From assembly GCA_963777605.1 (NCBI GenBank), contig CAVZRV010000029.1:1-64000 (forward strand): a stretch of 64,000 nt of DNA, in the 5' to 3' direction. The DNA is from an uncultured Acidobacteriota bacterium. Lineage in GTDB: Bacteria > Acidobacteriota > UBA6911 > RPQK01 > JAPXNP01. Positions 49,074 to 57,861 of this stretch are shown piece by piece. Numbering within the stretch: the first letter of the stretch is position 1; each line of letters starts with the position of its first letter. The notes below the pieces were generated by a model. The model saw only the letters and a program-made list of their open reading frames with translations, did not search any database and was not told where the DNA came from. The translations under genes were made by a program, and so were the position numbers.

Positions 49074-51151
49074 ATGGCCACTGTAGCCAGGGTTTCAGTC
49101 GATTCTAGTCATCAAGGTGTGGTGGATGCCATCAATCGCGTTCAGGCGATGATCGAGTTCAGTCCGGACGGGACCGTGCTTACCGCCAACCAGATCTTCC
49201 TGGACCTGATGGGGTACGAACTGGATGAGCTTGAGGGTAGGCATCACCGAACATTTTGCGAAGACTCCTTTGTCAGGAGCCCTGCTTATAAGGCCTTTTG
49301 GAAGAAATTGAACAGCGGCGAGCCGGACCAGGGCAAGTACAAGCGGATCACCAAGGATGGAAGCGAGGTCTGGTTGCAGGCTTCCTACAACCCGGTGTTC
49401 GACCAGGCGGGCAAGCTGACGAGAGTGGTCAAGTTCGCGACCGATGTGACCGCAGAGAGCCTGGCTTCCTCCGAGGCACAGGGGAAGCTGGCTGCGATCG
49501 ACAAGGTCCAGGCCACGATCGAGTTCGACCTCAAGGGAAATGTAATTACCGCCAACGAGGGGTTTCTGAAGTGCCTGGGCTACGAGTTGGACGAGATTCG
49601 TGGTCAGCACCACTCCATGTTCTGCGAGGCCGACTACGTGAAGAGCCCCGCCTACAAAGCGTTCTGGGACAAGCTGAACCGGGGCGAATACGACTCGGGC
49701 GAGTACAAGCGGATCGGGAAGAATGGCAAAGAAGTCTGGATACAGGCTTCCTACAACCCGATCCTGAACCAGGAGGGGGTCCCCTTCAAAGTCGTCAAGT
49801 TCGCTACGGACGTGACCGAGCAGAAACTCCGCAACGCGGAATTCGAAGGTACCGTGGCGGCCATCGACAAGGCGCAGGGTCTATTGAGTTCAACCTGGAC
49901 GGCACCGTAATCTCCGCCAACGACAATTTTCTGAATGCGCTTGGCTACAGCCTGAGCGAGATCCAGGGCCGCCACCACCGCATGTTCTGCGAGGACAATT
50001 ACACTCGAAGCAACGAATACATGCAGTTCTGGGCCAAGCTGAACCGGGGCGACCACGACGCCGGACGCTACCTGCGAATCGGAAAAGGGGGACGGGAAGT
50101 CTGGATTCAGGCGAGCTATAACCCGATCTTCGATCTCAACAAGAAACCTTACAAAGTCGTCAAGTTTGCTACTGACATCACCGAGCAGGTACGACTCGAG
50201 CAGGAAGTGAAGCGGAAGGCCGAGGAAGACCAGAAAAACGCGGAGGAGCTGAAGCGCAAAGTTGATCTCCTGCTCTCCGTCGTCAACGCGGCAGCGAGCG
50301 GGGATCTCACCCAGAAAGTCACGGTTTCCGGTGATGACGCCGTCGGAAAGCTGGCAGCCGGCGTCGAGAACATGGTCGGCGACCTCCGCAAGGTCGTTGC
50401 CGAGGTAGTCCAGGCATCAACGGTATTCAACGAGCAGGCCGATTCCATCGCGAACGGAGCCAATCAGGTCGCCAACGGGTCCCAGAACCTGGGCGCAACG
50501 ATCGAAGAGATGACGGCGTCGGTCGAAGAGTTGACGGCGTCGATTGGGGCCATCGCGGAAAGCGGCCGGGGAGCGGATGCCCTCGCGAAGGAGGCCTCGG
50601 AAGAGGCTAACAGCGGTGCCGAGGCGATTCGGGAATCGGTCGAAGCAATGGACCTGATCAACAAGTCCTCAGAAGAGATCAGTGAAATCACCAAGGTGAT
50701 CAGCGAAATCGCCAGCCAGACCAACCTGCTCGCCTTCAACGCAGCGATCGAAGCGGCCAGGGCCGGCCAGCACGGCCTCGGTTTCGCGGTCGTGGCGGAC
50801 GAAGTCCGTAAGTTGGCGGAACGTTCGTCGCAGGCAGCCAAGGAGATCACCAAGCTCATCAACGAATCGACCAAACGGATCAAGAAGGGAAGCGAAGTTT
50901 CACAGGAAGCCGGCAAGGCCTTCAAGAAGATCGTCAAGGCCGTCGAGTCGACTGCCGAGGCGATTACCCAGATTGCCAGCGCAAGTGAGGAACAGTCCCA
51001 TGCCGCAGACGAGGTGAGTACCGGAATTCAGAATGTTTCGGAAGGGATCGAGAACTCGGCCAACGCCAGTGGCCAGATCGCCCAGGGATCGGACGAACTG
51101 GCATCTCAGGCGAAACAGCTCCAGCAGATGGTCAGCCGATTCAAGGTCTAG
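49074..51151 (+). CDS. Cytoplasmic methyl-accepting chemotaxis protein with three PAS domains (BdlA-like; frameshift near 49,880)
   Basis: Three IEF..G...AN..F..W..L..G..WxQASYNP..VVKFATD repeats, a HAMP-like GDLT, and [36 protein letters not shown]. No TM helix. Confidence 0.93.
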
Positions 51152-51160
51152 GGGCAAGCC

Positions 51161-52003
51161 GTGAATGTTGTCGAAGAAAAGGTCTTGTCGGATGAGGTTC
51201 TGGCCCGGCTCATCCAATGCGTTTACCGCTACACCGGGATCACGCTCACGGTCAAGAAACGATCTCTCCTGCAGGGGAGGCTGACTCGAAGGCTCAGCGA
51301 GCTCGGGCTCAGATCATTCACGGAGTACGCGGATTACCTGAGTTCACCTACGGTTGGTGGCGACGAGGTCCAGGTCTTTATTGACGCCGTCACCACCAAC
51401 CTCACTTCCTTCTTTCGGACGCCGCAGATCTGGACCCACTTCCTTCGGAGGATTCTGCCCGACTGGCACCAGCTTGGCCAGAACCGGCCGATCCGGATCT
51501 GGTCGGCGGCGGCGGCGTCCGGACAGGAGCCCTACAGCATCGCGATGATGTGCGACGATTTCGCGCGGCGGACACCCGCCTTCTCCTGGAACCTGCTGGC
51601 ATCGGACATTTCCACGGCAATGCTTGCCACGGCCCGGGCCGGGCGTTACCCCTCGTCCCAGATGACCCAGATCTCGCGGGGGGCGGCGTTCTGCAACCTG
51701 CAGCGCTATTTCCAGAACGAGGAAGGCTTCCTGACGGTACGGCCCGAGTTGAAGAAGCGGATAGAGTTCAGGCGTCACCACCTGTTTGAACGAATTTCGG
51801 ATTCGCCCTTTGACGTAGTCTTCCTCCGCAATGTGCTGATCTACTTCTCTCCTGAAGACCGGAGCCGGGTCCTGGACCGGGTCTTCGAGGCCATAGTTCC
51901 CGGCGGGACGATCATTGTGGGGGAAACGGAGACTCTGCTCAACCGGCCGCAGTTCAAGTACGTCCGACCGTCGATCTACACCAAGCTGAGAGAGGCGGCT
52001 TGA
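51161..52003 (+). CDS. cheR: Chemoreceptor methyltransferase
   Basis: TTNLTSFFR, IWSAAAASGQEPYSIAM, ASDIS, FDVVFLRNVLIYF and VGETE. Confidence 0.93.
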   Translation: MNVVEEKVLSDEVLARLIQCVYRYTGITLTVKKRSLLQGRLTRRLSELGLRSFTEYADYLSSPTVGGDEVQVFIDAVTTNLTSFFRTPQIWTHFLRRILPDWHQLGQNRPIRIWSAAAASGQEPYSIAMMCDDFARRTPAFSWNLLASDISTAMLATARAGRYPSSQMTQISRGAAFCNLQRYFQNEEGFLTVRPELKKRIEFRRHHLFERISDSPFDVVFLRNVLIYFSPEDRSRVLDRVFEAIVPGGTIIVGETETLLNRPQFKYVRPSIYTKLREAA

Positions 52004-52502
52004 ATGGCGACTATCCACGTCAACATCGGAGAGGTCAAGGTCGCTCGACGGGGGTGCCTCAAGGCTACTCTCGGATCCTGTGTCGGAATCGGTCTCTTCT
52101 ATCCTGACAAGCAGATCTTTGGACTCGCCCATGTCCTGCTACCCAGGGAACTGGGAACCGTCACGGGAGTAAACGACACGCGGGAAGCTGGAGCAGCGAT
52201 TCAAACCCTTTTGAAAAGGATGCGGATAGAGAAGGATACGATCCGGCACATCTCGGGCGGTCTTCGCCGGGGGGGCCAACATGTTTCCGGGAAATCACCG
52301 CCTTCATGACGTGGGCCGGGAGAACGTGGAGGCCGTAGCCGGACACTAAGAGAACTCAGGATCAAGCTGTTGGCCAAGGACGTGTTGGGAACGCGGGCCC
52401 GCTCAATCGCGATTGACGCCGACGAAGGACGAGCGAGAAGTTGGTTCGTGACCGAATCTGATCGGGGGCGTCCCGCTCAGGTCAATCTGGATATTGCTTT
52501 GA
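52004..52502 (+). CDS. cheD: Chemoreceptor glutamine deamidase (frameshifted; 3' end approximate)
   Basis: VNIGEVKV, TLGSCVG, GLAHVLLP, then GGANMF and DVxGxxxRS fragments in shifted frames. Confidence 0.85.
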
Positions 52503-52523
52503 GGTCGATACGAGAGGTTTGTA

Positions 52524-54122
52524 ATGTCTAAGAAAGAGGTTTCGCCGGGGGGAGTTGAACAGTCGGCACTTTACGGGACCTTCTTCCTGGGGGGAGAAGA
52601 GTTTTGTATCCGCGTAAGCGATGTTCGGGAGGTCGTGCCGATTCCTCCGCTGATCGTGAAGGTCCCCCTGACTCCCGGTTATGTCGAAGGAGTATTCAAC
52701 CTCAGGGCCGAAATTATTCCGATTCTCAACCTCAAGAAGATCTTGCGAATGGAGGACACAACGATCCTTTCATCCGGGCGGGTGGCGATCGTGGATTGCA
52801 ACGGTGCCTGGCTCGGAGTGCTCTTCGATTCAACCGGCGAAGTCCTGAGCGTCTCAAATCGTGAGATTTCGACCCTTAAGCATGGAAAAGCGGAGGAGGC
52901 ACAGGTCATCGAGGGCATCGTGAGACTCGAAGATGGCGAACGGGTGCTTCAGTTGGTCTGTGCTGACCTGATCGCGAAGTTGGAGTCGGTGCCGCACCTA
53001 TCCAGGCAGGACCATGCCGAATCGGCGCGGGACGTTGGTCTCCAGGCGGAGGAAGAGTTGACCAAAGCCATCTCGTTCGAGGTGGACGGTACGGAGTTCG
53101 CCATCGAGATGGAACATATCCTGGAAATTATCCAGGTGCCGAAACTGACCAGTCAGCGCGCCTTGCACAAGAATGGCCTCGGTGTGGTGGTTTCCAGGGG
53201 TAATCTGATCTCGGTTCTGGACTTTCGTTCCGCTATGGGCGGGGACAAGAGTGCCGTGACTCCCGAGAAGCGGCTGCTCGTGGCGACCGTGGACGGACGT
53301 TCGTGTGGCCTTTTGGTCGATCGAATTCGTGAGGTTGTGAGGTTCCGCCCGAGTAATCTGCGGCCCCTGCCGCCACTCAAGGATCACATTCGGCGTCACT
53401 GTTTCAAAGGCTTTGTCCTCGAGAAGGAACGCACCATCCTTCTGCTCGACGCTGCCCGATTTCTGAACGAAGATGAAATCCTGGAAGTCCTGGAAAGCGA
53501 TCAGCGAATGGCGGACGAGCGCAAGTCCCAGGAAACGGTCGAGACGGAAAAAAGCATATACGAGAACCGGGTATTCATCGTCTTCACACTGGAGAACCGC
53601 TCGCGGTCGACATCCTTGACGTCCGGGAAATCATCGATCATCCGGTGAACTCGTGAAACCTTGGGTTACGGCGGCACCATCGCTGGGGTACACAACCTGC
53701 GAGGAACCGTCGTCCCCATCATCGACATGCGGCAGGAGTACCAGTTGGAGCCATTCGCGAACCCGGCCGAGTCGAAGATCCTGGTGGTCGGAGATGACGA
53801 AGAACTGTACGGTCTCCAGGTTGATGGCGTCGACGACATCCTGAAGATGCAGGGCAAGAAGACGATTGCCATGCCGCGGAGTCTCACCCGGATCTCGAAG
53901 GAGCTTCACTCTGACATCCAGGACTGTCTCGAAGTCAGCACGGACAGCGGCGACAAGAAGCTGCTGCTCTTCTACAACGTAAAGAACTTCATTTCACGGC
54001 TTTCGGTCGTCACGCCGGAACTGGAGTCGCTCAAGGATTCCGGTTTCGAGAACGCGGCGGCCTTATTGCCGGCGGCGTCCGGGACACTAGACGCCGAACT
54101 CGGTTCGGCGAAGATCCACTGA
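52524..54122 (+). CDS. cheW: Triple-CheW-domain adaptor (frameshift at ~53,600-53,660)
   Basis: Three CheW units: GVFNLRAEIIPILNL, GVVVSRGNLISVLDF and GVHNLRGTVVPIIDM. Confidence 0.85.
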
Positions 54123-54140
54123 CACCGGCTTCGAGTCACG

Positions 54141-54992
54141 TCAGCTGAGCAGTTTGACCATGTTCCGGTAGGAGATGGTGATCTCGTCCATTATGTCCTT
54201 GCCCTGGCGGGACTCATCCTGCTCCACGATGTACCAGTCCACACCGATTTCCTTCGCCTTCGCCACGACCCCTTTCAGGTCAATGACTCCTGTGCCGACC
54301 GGGGCGAGGTGCCGGTCAGTGGTCATGTCTTTCATGTGGAGCAGCTTGACCCGGTCTCCCCACTTTTCCAGGAAACCGACCGGGTCAACATTCGCGTTGT
54401 AAACCCAGGCGATGTCAACTTCGGCTTTGACCAGGTTCCTGTCCATTGCCGAGAAAAGAATGTCGTAAAGAGTCTTCCCGCCGATCTTCTCAAACTCGAA
54501 GGAGTGGTTGTGGTAGCAGAGCTGCATGCCGGCGTCCTTGACCTTGCGACCGATCTGGTTCATCTCGCCGGCAAAAGCCTCAATTTGCGCGGCCGTTCCC
54601 TTCCTGAGCTGGCCGGGCAACGACGGCACGACGATGTAGGGAGTTCCGATCTTCTTGTTGTAGGCGATGACTTCGGCGAGGTTGCTCTTGACGTTCTCAA
54701 AGCCCTCGTGAGTTCCACAAGGAGTCACTTTCAGGCGCTTTAGCAGCGTGGCCATCTGGTCGGCGTTAAGTCCGCCGTAGCCGGCAAATTCGAAATGGCG
54801 GTACCCGATCGCGGCGACCTTCTCCAGGGTGCCCGTAAAGTCCTTCGAGCTCAGGTTCCTGACAGTGTAGAGCTGGATCCCTATCGGCAGGCTGGAAGCC
54901 GACTGAGCGGCTGTCGAGAAGCGACCGAGTGTCAGAAGCGAACCAGCTGCCGTTAACGATCCAATGAAATTCCTTCGGGTCATGCCATTCAT
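54141..54992 (-). CDS. Tat-exported sugar phosphate isomerase/epimerase (xylose-isomerase-like TIM barrel)
   Basis: MTRRNFIG Tat motif; IGIQLYTVR, YHNHSFEF, LHMKD and IVEQD. Confidence 0.9.
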   Translation of the reverse strand: MNGMTRRNFIGSLTAAGSLLTLGRFSTAAQSASSLPIGIQLYTVRNLSSKDFTGTLEKVAAIGYRHFEFAGYGGLNADQMATLLKRLKVTPCGTHEGFENVKSNLAEVIAYNKKIGTPYIVVPSLPGQLRKGTAAQIEAFAGEMNQIGRKVKDAGMQLCYHNHSFEFEKIGGKTLYDILFSAMDRNLVKAEVDIAWVYNANVDPVGFLEKWGDRVKLLHMKDMTTDRHLAPVGTGVIDLKGVVAKAKEIGVDWYIVEQDESRQGKDIMDEITISYRNMVKLLS

Positions 54993-55119
54993 AATTTCCT
55001 CCTGGAGGTCGAGTCTCCCGCTCCTGATCTGGCGAATATCCGCCTGAGAGGGATAATCCCATATGTCGCTGAGGTTAAGCTGCGTAGGGTGTGTCGTCAA
55101 GCCTTGACTTAGTCTCTAT

Positions 55120-55134
55120 TTAGAATTAGTCTAA
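55120..55134 (+). promoter_or_regulatory. Fur/PerR-type 7-1-7 operator overlapping the promoter
   Basis: TTAGAAT-T-AGTCTAA near-palindrome within TTGACT-N17-TAGTCT, just upstream of the Fur-family gene. Confidence 0.62.
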
Positions 55135-55143
55135 GATGCAACC

Positions 55144-55542
55144 GTGGAATCACTGCTACACCGACTGCGCGATTTCGGCATTCAGGCGACGCCCCAGCGG
55201 CTGGCTGTGGCAGAGTTTGTACTCTTTACCGACCGCCATCCCTCTGCGGACGAGGTGTGGGAGGAAGTACGGCGCAACTGTCCCACCTTGTCTCGAGCCA
55301 CGGTCTACAATACCCTCAACCTTTTTGTAGACAAAGGTCTTCTCAAGAGCCAGCTGCTTCGGGGAGGGACCCTGGTTTTTGATCCGCACGTCGAGGCTCA
55401 CCATCACTTTATTGATGAGGAGACCGGTGAAGTTTTCGACGTACCTTGGGGCGCGCTGCGAGTCGACGGGGAAATGGACCTGGGGGACTACGAGGTTCGT
55501 GAATTACAGGTCGTCATGAGGGGCAAAAAGAGAAGGCCCTGA
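55144..55542 (+). CDS. Fur/PerR-family transcriptional regulator
   Basis: TPQRLAV, HPSADEV, LSRATVYNTL and HHHF; lacks the C-terminal CxxC pairs. Confidence 0.9.
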   Translation: MESLLHRLRDFGIQATPQRLAVAEFVLFTDRHPSADEVWEEVRRNCPTLSRATVYNTLNLFVDKGLLKSQLLRGGTLVFDPHVEAHHHFIDEETGEVFDVPWGALRVDGEMDLGDYEVRELQVVMRGKKRRP

Positions 55543-55842
55543 TTCCGCGGCTCTCAGTGCGATCGTGGAGACCCCGCATTCGGTACGCGAGAGAACCCAT
55601 TAGGCGCCCCCGAGTCAAGGGCGAGTGCGACTGCCGACATTCGCATGTCACCAGAAGTAATGCCGGAGGTCGGAACCGTCCGGTCGGAGACAAGATCCGA
55701 GACGGGCAATCGATGAAGATCTGGAGGCGCACTCGTTTCTCTCGCGTACCGAATGCGGGTGAATCGCGATTCCGGGTTGGGACTTGAGTTTCACTCTTTG
55801 AATAATCCGGCCCTGGCCGGGGCGCGACTGAACTTGAAACTC

Positions 55843-56856
55843 ATCTGGGATGAGTTGAAGAACACTGGGACGAATTGAAACGTGGAATGGCACGGAGACT
55901 GAGGCGACGGTGGGGAGCCAGGGACGCAAGCCGGCTGGCCCCGGGTTCGCTGGACCCGGTGCCAGACGTCGATGAGTGATGATCACGGGATCGGCGCCGG
56001 GCTGGCCCCTGAAGGGGGCCTGAAATTTCCAGCCCAGGTGATTTCCTGGTATACTGGTTTCCCGTTAGAATCCAGCCCTGAAAGGGCGGCACAGGCATCT
56101 CCGGACGTGAAGAATCGGCGCGACCTTACAGGCCGCGATCGCCTTGCCGGGACCGCAGACCAAGTGCAAGCCTTGCTCAATCCAGGATTCTTGATTTCCG
56201 GGTTTTTCTGAAACCGTCCGCCGCCGGGACTGAATCGCACTTTCAGTGCTGCATTGCCGTCTTGGCTCCTGATTCCCGGGCGTTGCCGCCGGGCTGGAAA
56301 TGACCCTGCGCCGTTGGCGCGCTCAATCTGGCGATGCTCCACCAGTTTCACTATCGAATGGTCCGGCGGCGCCGGGGGCGGGGCTGACCTGACCGAAAAT
56401 TCAATTTGGGATGAGTTGAAGAACCTGGACGAATTGGATGCGTCTGGACGGAGATTGAGGCGATCGGTGGAGAGCCAGGGACGATGATTATCGGCTGGAT
56501 CCTGGTTTCCTGGTCCGGTGCCAGACGTGGATGAGTGAGGATCACAGGATCGGCGCCGGGCTGGGCCCCTGAAGGGGGCATCCCTGCCTGATATGGCGGC
56601 CAGGCAGCTTGCCCGGCGGCAAGTGAACCTTCTCAATCAAGAGTTCTAGATTTAACGGGTTCGTCTGCAGCTCGTCCGCCGCCGGGACTGAATCGGCGCG
56701 ACCTTTCAGTGCTGCGATCGCCGTCTTGGCTCCAGATCCCGGGGCGTTGCCGCCGGGCTGGAAATGACCATGGCGCCGTTGGCGCAGCTCATCTGGCGAT
56801 GCTTCACCAGTTTCACTCTTTGAATGATCCGCGGAGGGCGCGGCGGCCGCGCTGAC
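55843..56856. repeat. Degenerate interleaved non-coding repeats A1-B1-A2-B2 with REP-like hairpins
   Basis: A is TGGGATGAGTTGAAGAAC...GATCGGCGCCGGGCTGGCCCCTGAAGGGGGC (~55845-56020 and ~56407-56579). B is CGTCCGCCGCCGGGACTGAATC...GTTGCCGCCGGGCTGGAAATGACC...GCGCCGTTGGCGC... (~56215-56388 and ~56673-56856). Confidence 0.8.
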
Positions 56857-56983
56857 TAGAAACTTCTTTCTCCTCGCCGTCACTCTGCGGTGCGTTGAAA
56901 TGTCACAGTGGCCCTGATAATGCAATTCTGTCACACTTCAGAAGTCATCCAGATTTTCGAAATTAGAGCTAGAAAATGTTTAA

Positions 56984-57029
56984 AATCAGTGTCTTATTTG
57001 ATGTTTTGAGTTTTGGAACAGGGCTTGCA
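56984..57029 (+). promoter_or_regulatory. Sigma54 promoter with an upstream IHF-like site
   Basis: TGGAAC-AGGGC-TTGCA (GG-N10-GC) at 57014-57029; AATCAG-TGTC-TTA at 56984-56996. Confidence 0.68.
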
Positions 57030-57235
57030 TTTCATATCAAACGACCCTTCGTGACAGAATTCGCTACCGGGATTACGGAGTCTTTTGGATAGCCCGGAGT
57101 CTCAGCGTTCTGTTAGCGTTTTGAAGTGGTTGCAGTCGAAAGTGCCTGGAAAAGCACTCTGGCGGCTTTTGAGAGAAATTGACCGGTTGACCGGCAAGTT
57201 CGGTCGGCCTTGAAAGAACGATAGGAGATGGAGTA

Positions 57236-57778
57236 ATGAGACACAAAATTCAATTGATCAGCTTGGTGCTGTTCCTGGCCCTCTCGCCGCTGGCGATGGC
57301 CAAGAGCGAGGTAAGTCCAAATGCGGAAACTCTGACGCCGTTGCAGAATCGGGTTCGTCACGAGTTGGTGACGTTGCCGTACTACAGCGTCTTCGACAAC
57401 CTCGAATATCAGATTGTCGGAACGAAGGTAATCCTGTCCGGCGAGGTGGTTCGTCCGACGCTCAAGCAGGAAGCAGAAAACGCCGTCAAGCGCGTCAGCG
57501 ATATCCAGTCCGTAGAGAACAACATCGAAGTCCTGCCGCTGTCACCTTCAGATGATGCCATTCGCCGGGCTACCTTCCGCGCTATTTACGGGAACCCAAG
57601 CTTCACCAGGTACGCCATTATGGCCGTGCCACCTATCCACATCATCGTGAAGAACGGCAATGTGACCTTAGTGGGTGTCGTTTCGAATCAGGGCGACAAG
57701 AACATCGCCAATATCAGTGCCAACTCAGTTCCTGGTGTTTTCTCGGTTCAAAATGAACTTCGTGTAGTGCCCGAGTGA
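57236..57778 (+). CDS. Secreted double BON-domain (OsmY-like) protein
   Basis: Signal peptide; VRHELVTLPYYSVFDNL, VILSGEV, VENNIEV, VKNGNVTLVGVV and VPGVFSVQNEL. Confidence 0.9.
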   Translation: MRHKIQLISLVLFLALSPLAMAKSEVSPNAETLTPLQNRVRHELVTLPYYSVFDNLEYQIVGTKVILSGEVVRPTLKQEAENAVKRVSDIQSVENNIEVLPLSPSDDAIRRATFRAIYGNPSFTRYAIMAVPPIHIIVKNGNVTLVGVVSNQGDKNIANISANSVPGVFSVQNELRVVPE

Positions 57779-57820
57779 AAGCTCACTTCAGTGGATGTTA
57801 AATCGGCTTGATTTGAAACC

Positions 57821-57860
57821 AGCGCCAGGAGTCCCTCGCGAGGGACTCCTGGCGCTTTTC
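57821..57860 (+). terminator. Strong hairpin terminator between convergent genes
   Basis: 16-bp perfect stem AGCGCCAGGAGTCCCT-CGCG-AGGGACTCCTGGCGCT followed by TTT. Confidence 0.85.
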
Positions 57861-57861
57861 C

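Noticed and set aside
49074-50200. ~370-bp tandem DNA repeats
   Set aside because: They are explained by the three coding PAS domains of the chemoreceptor.
55843-56856. Possible CRISPR array
   Set aside because: The units are ~175 bp, degenerate and only two copies each. There are no regular 25-45-bp repeats with unique spacers and no cas genes.
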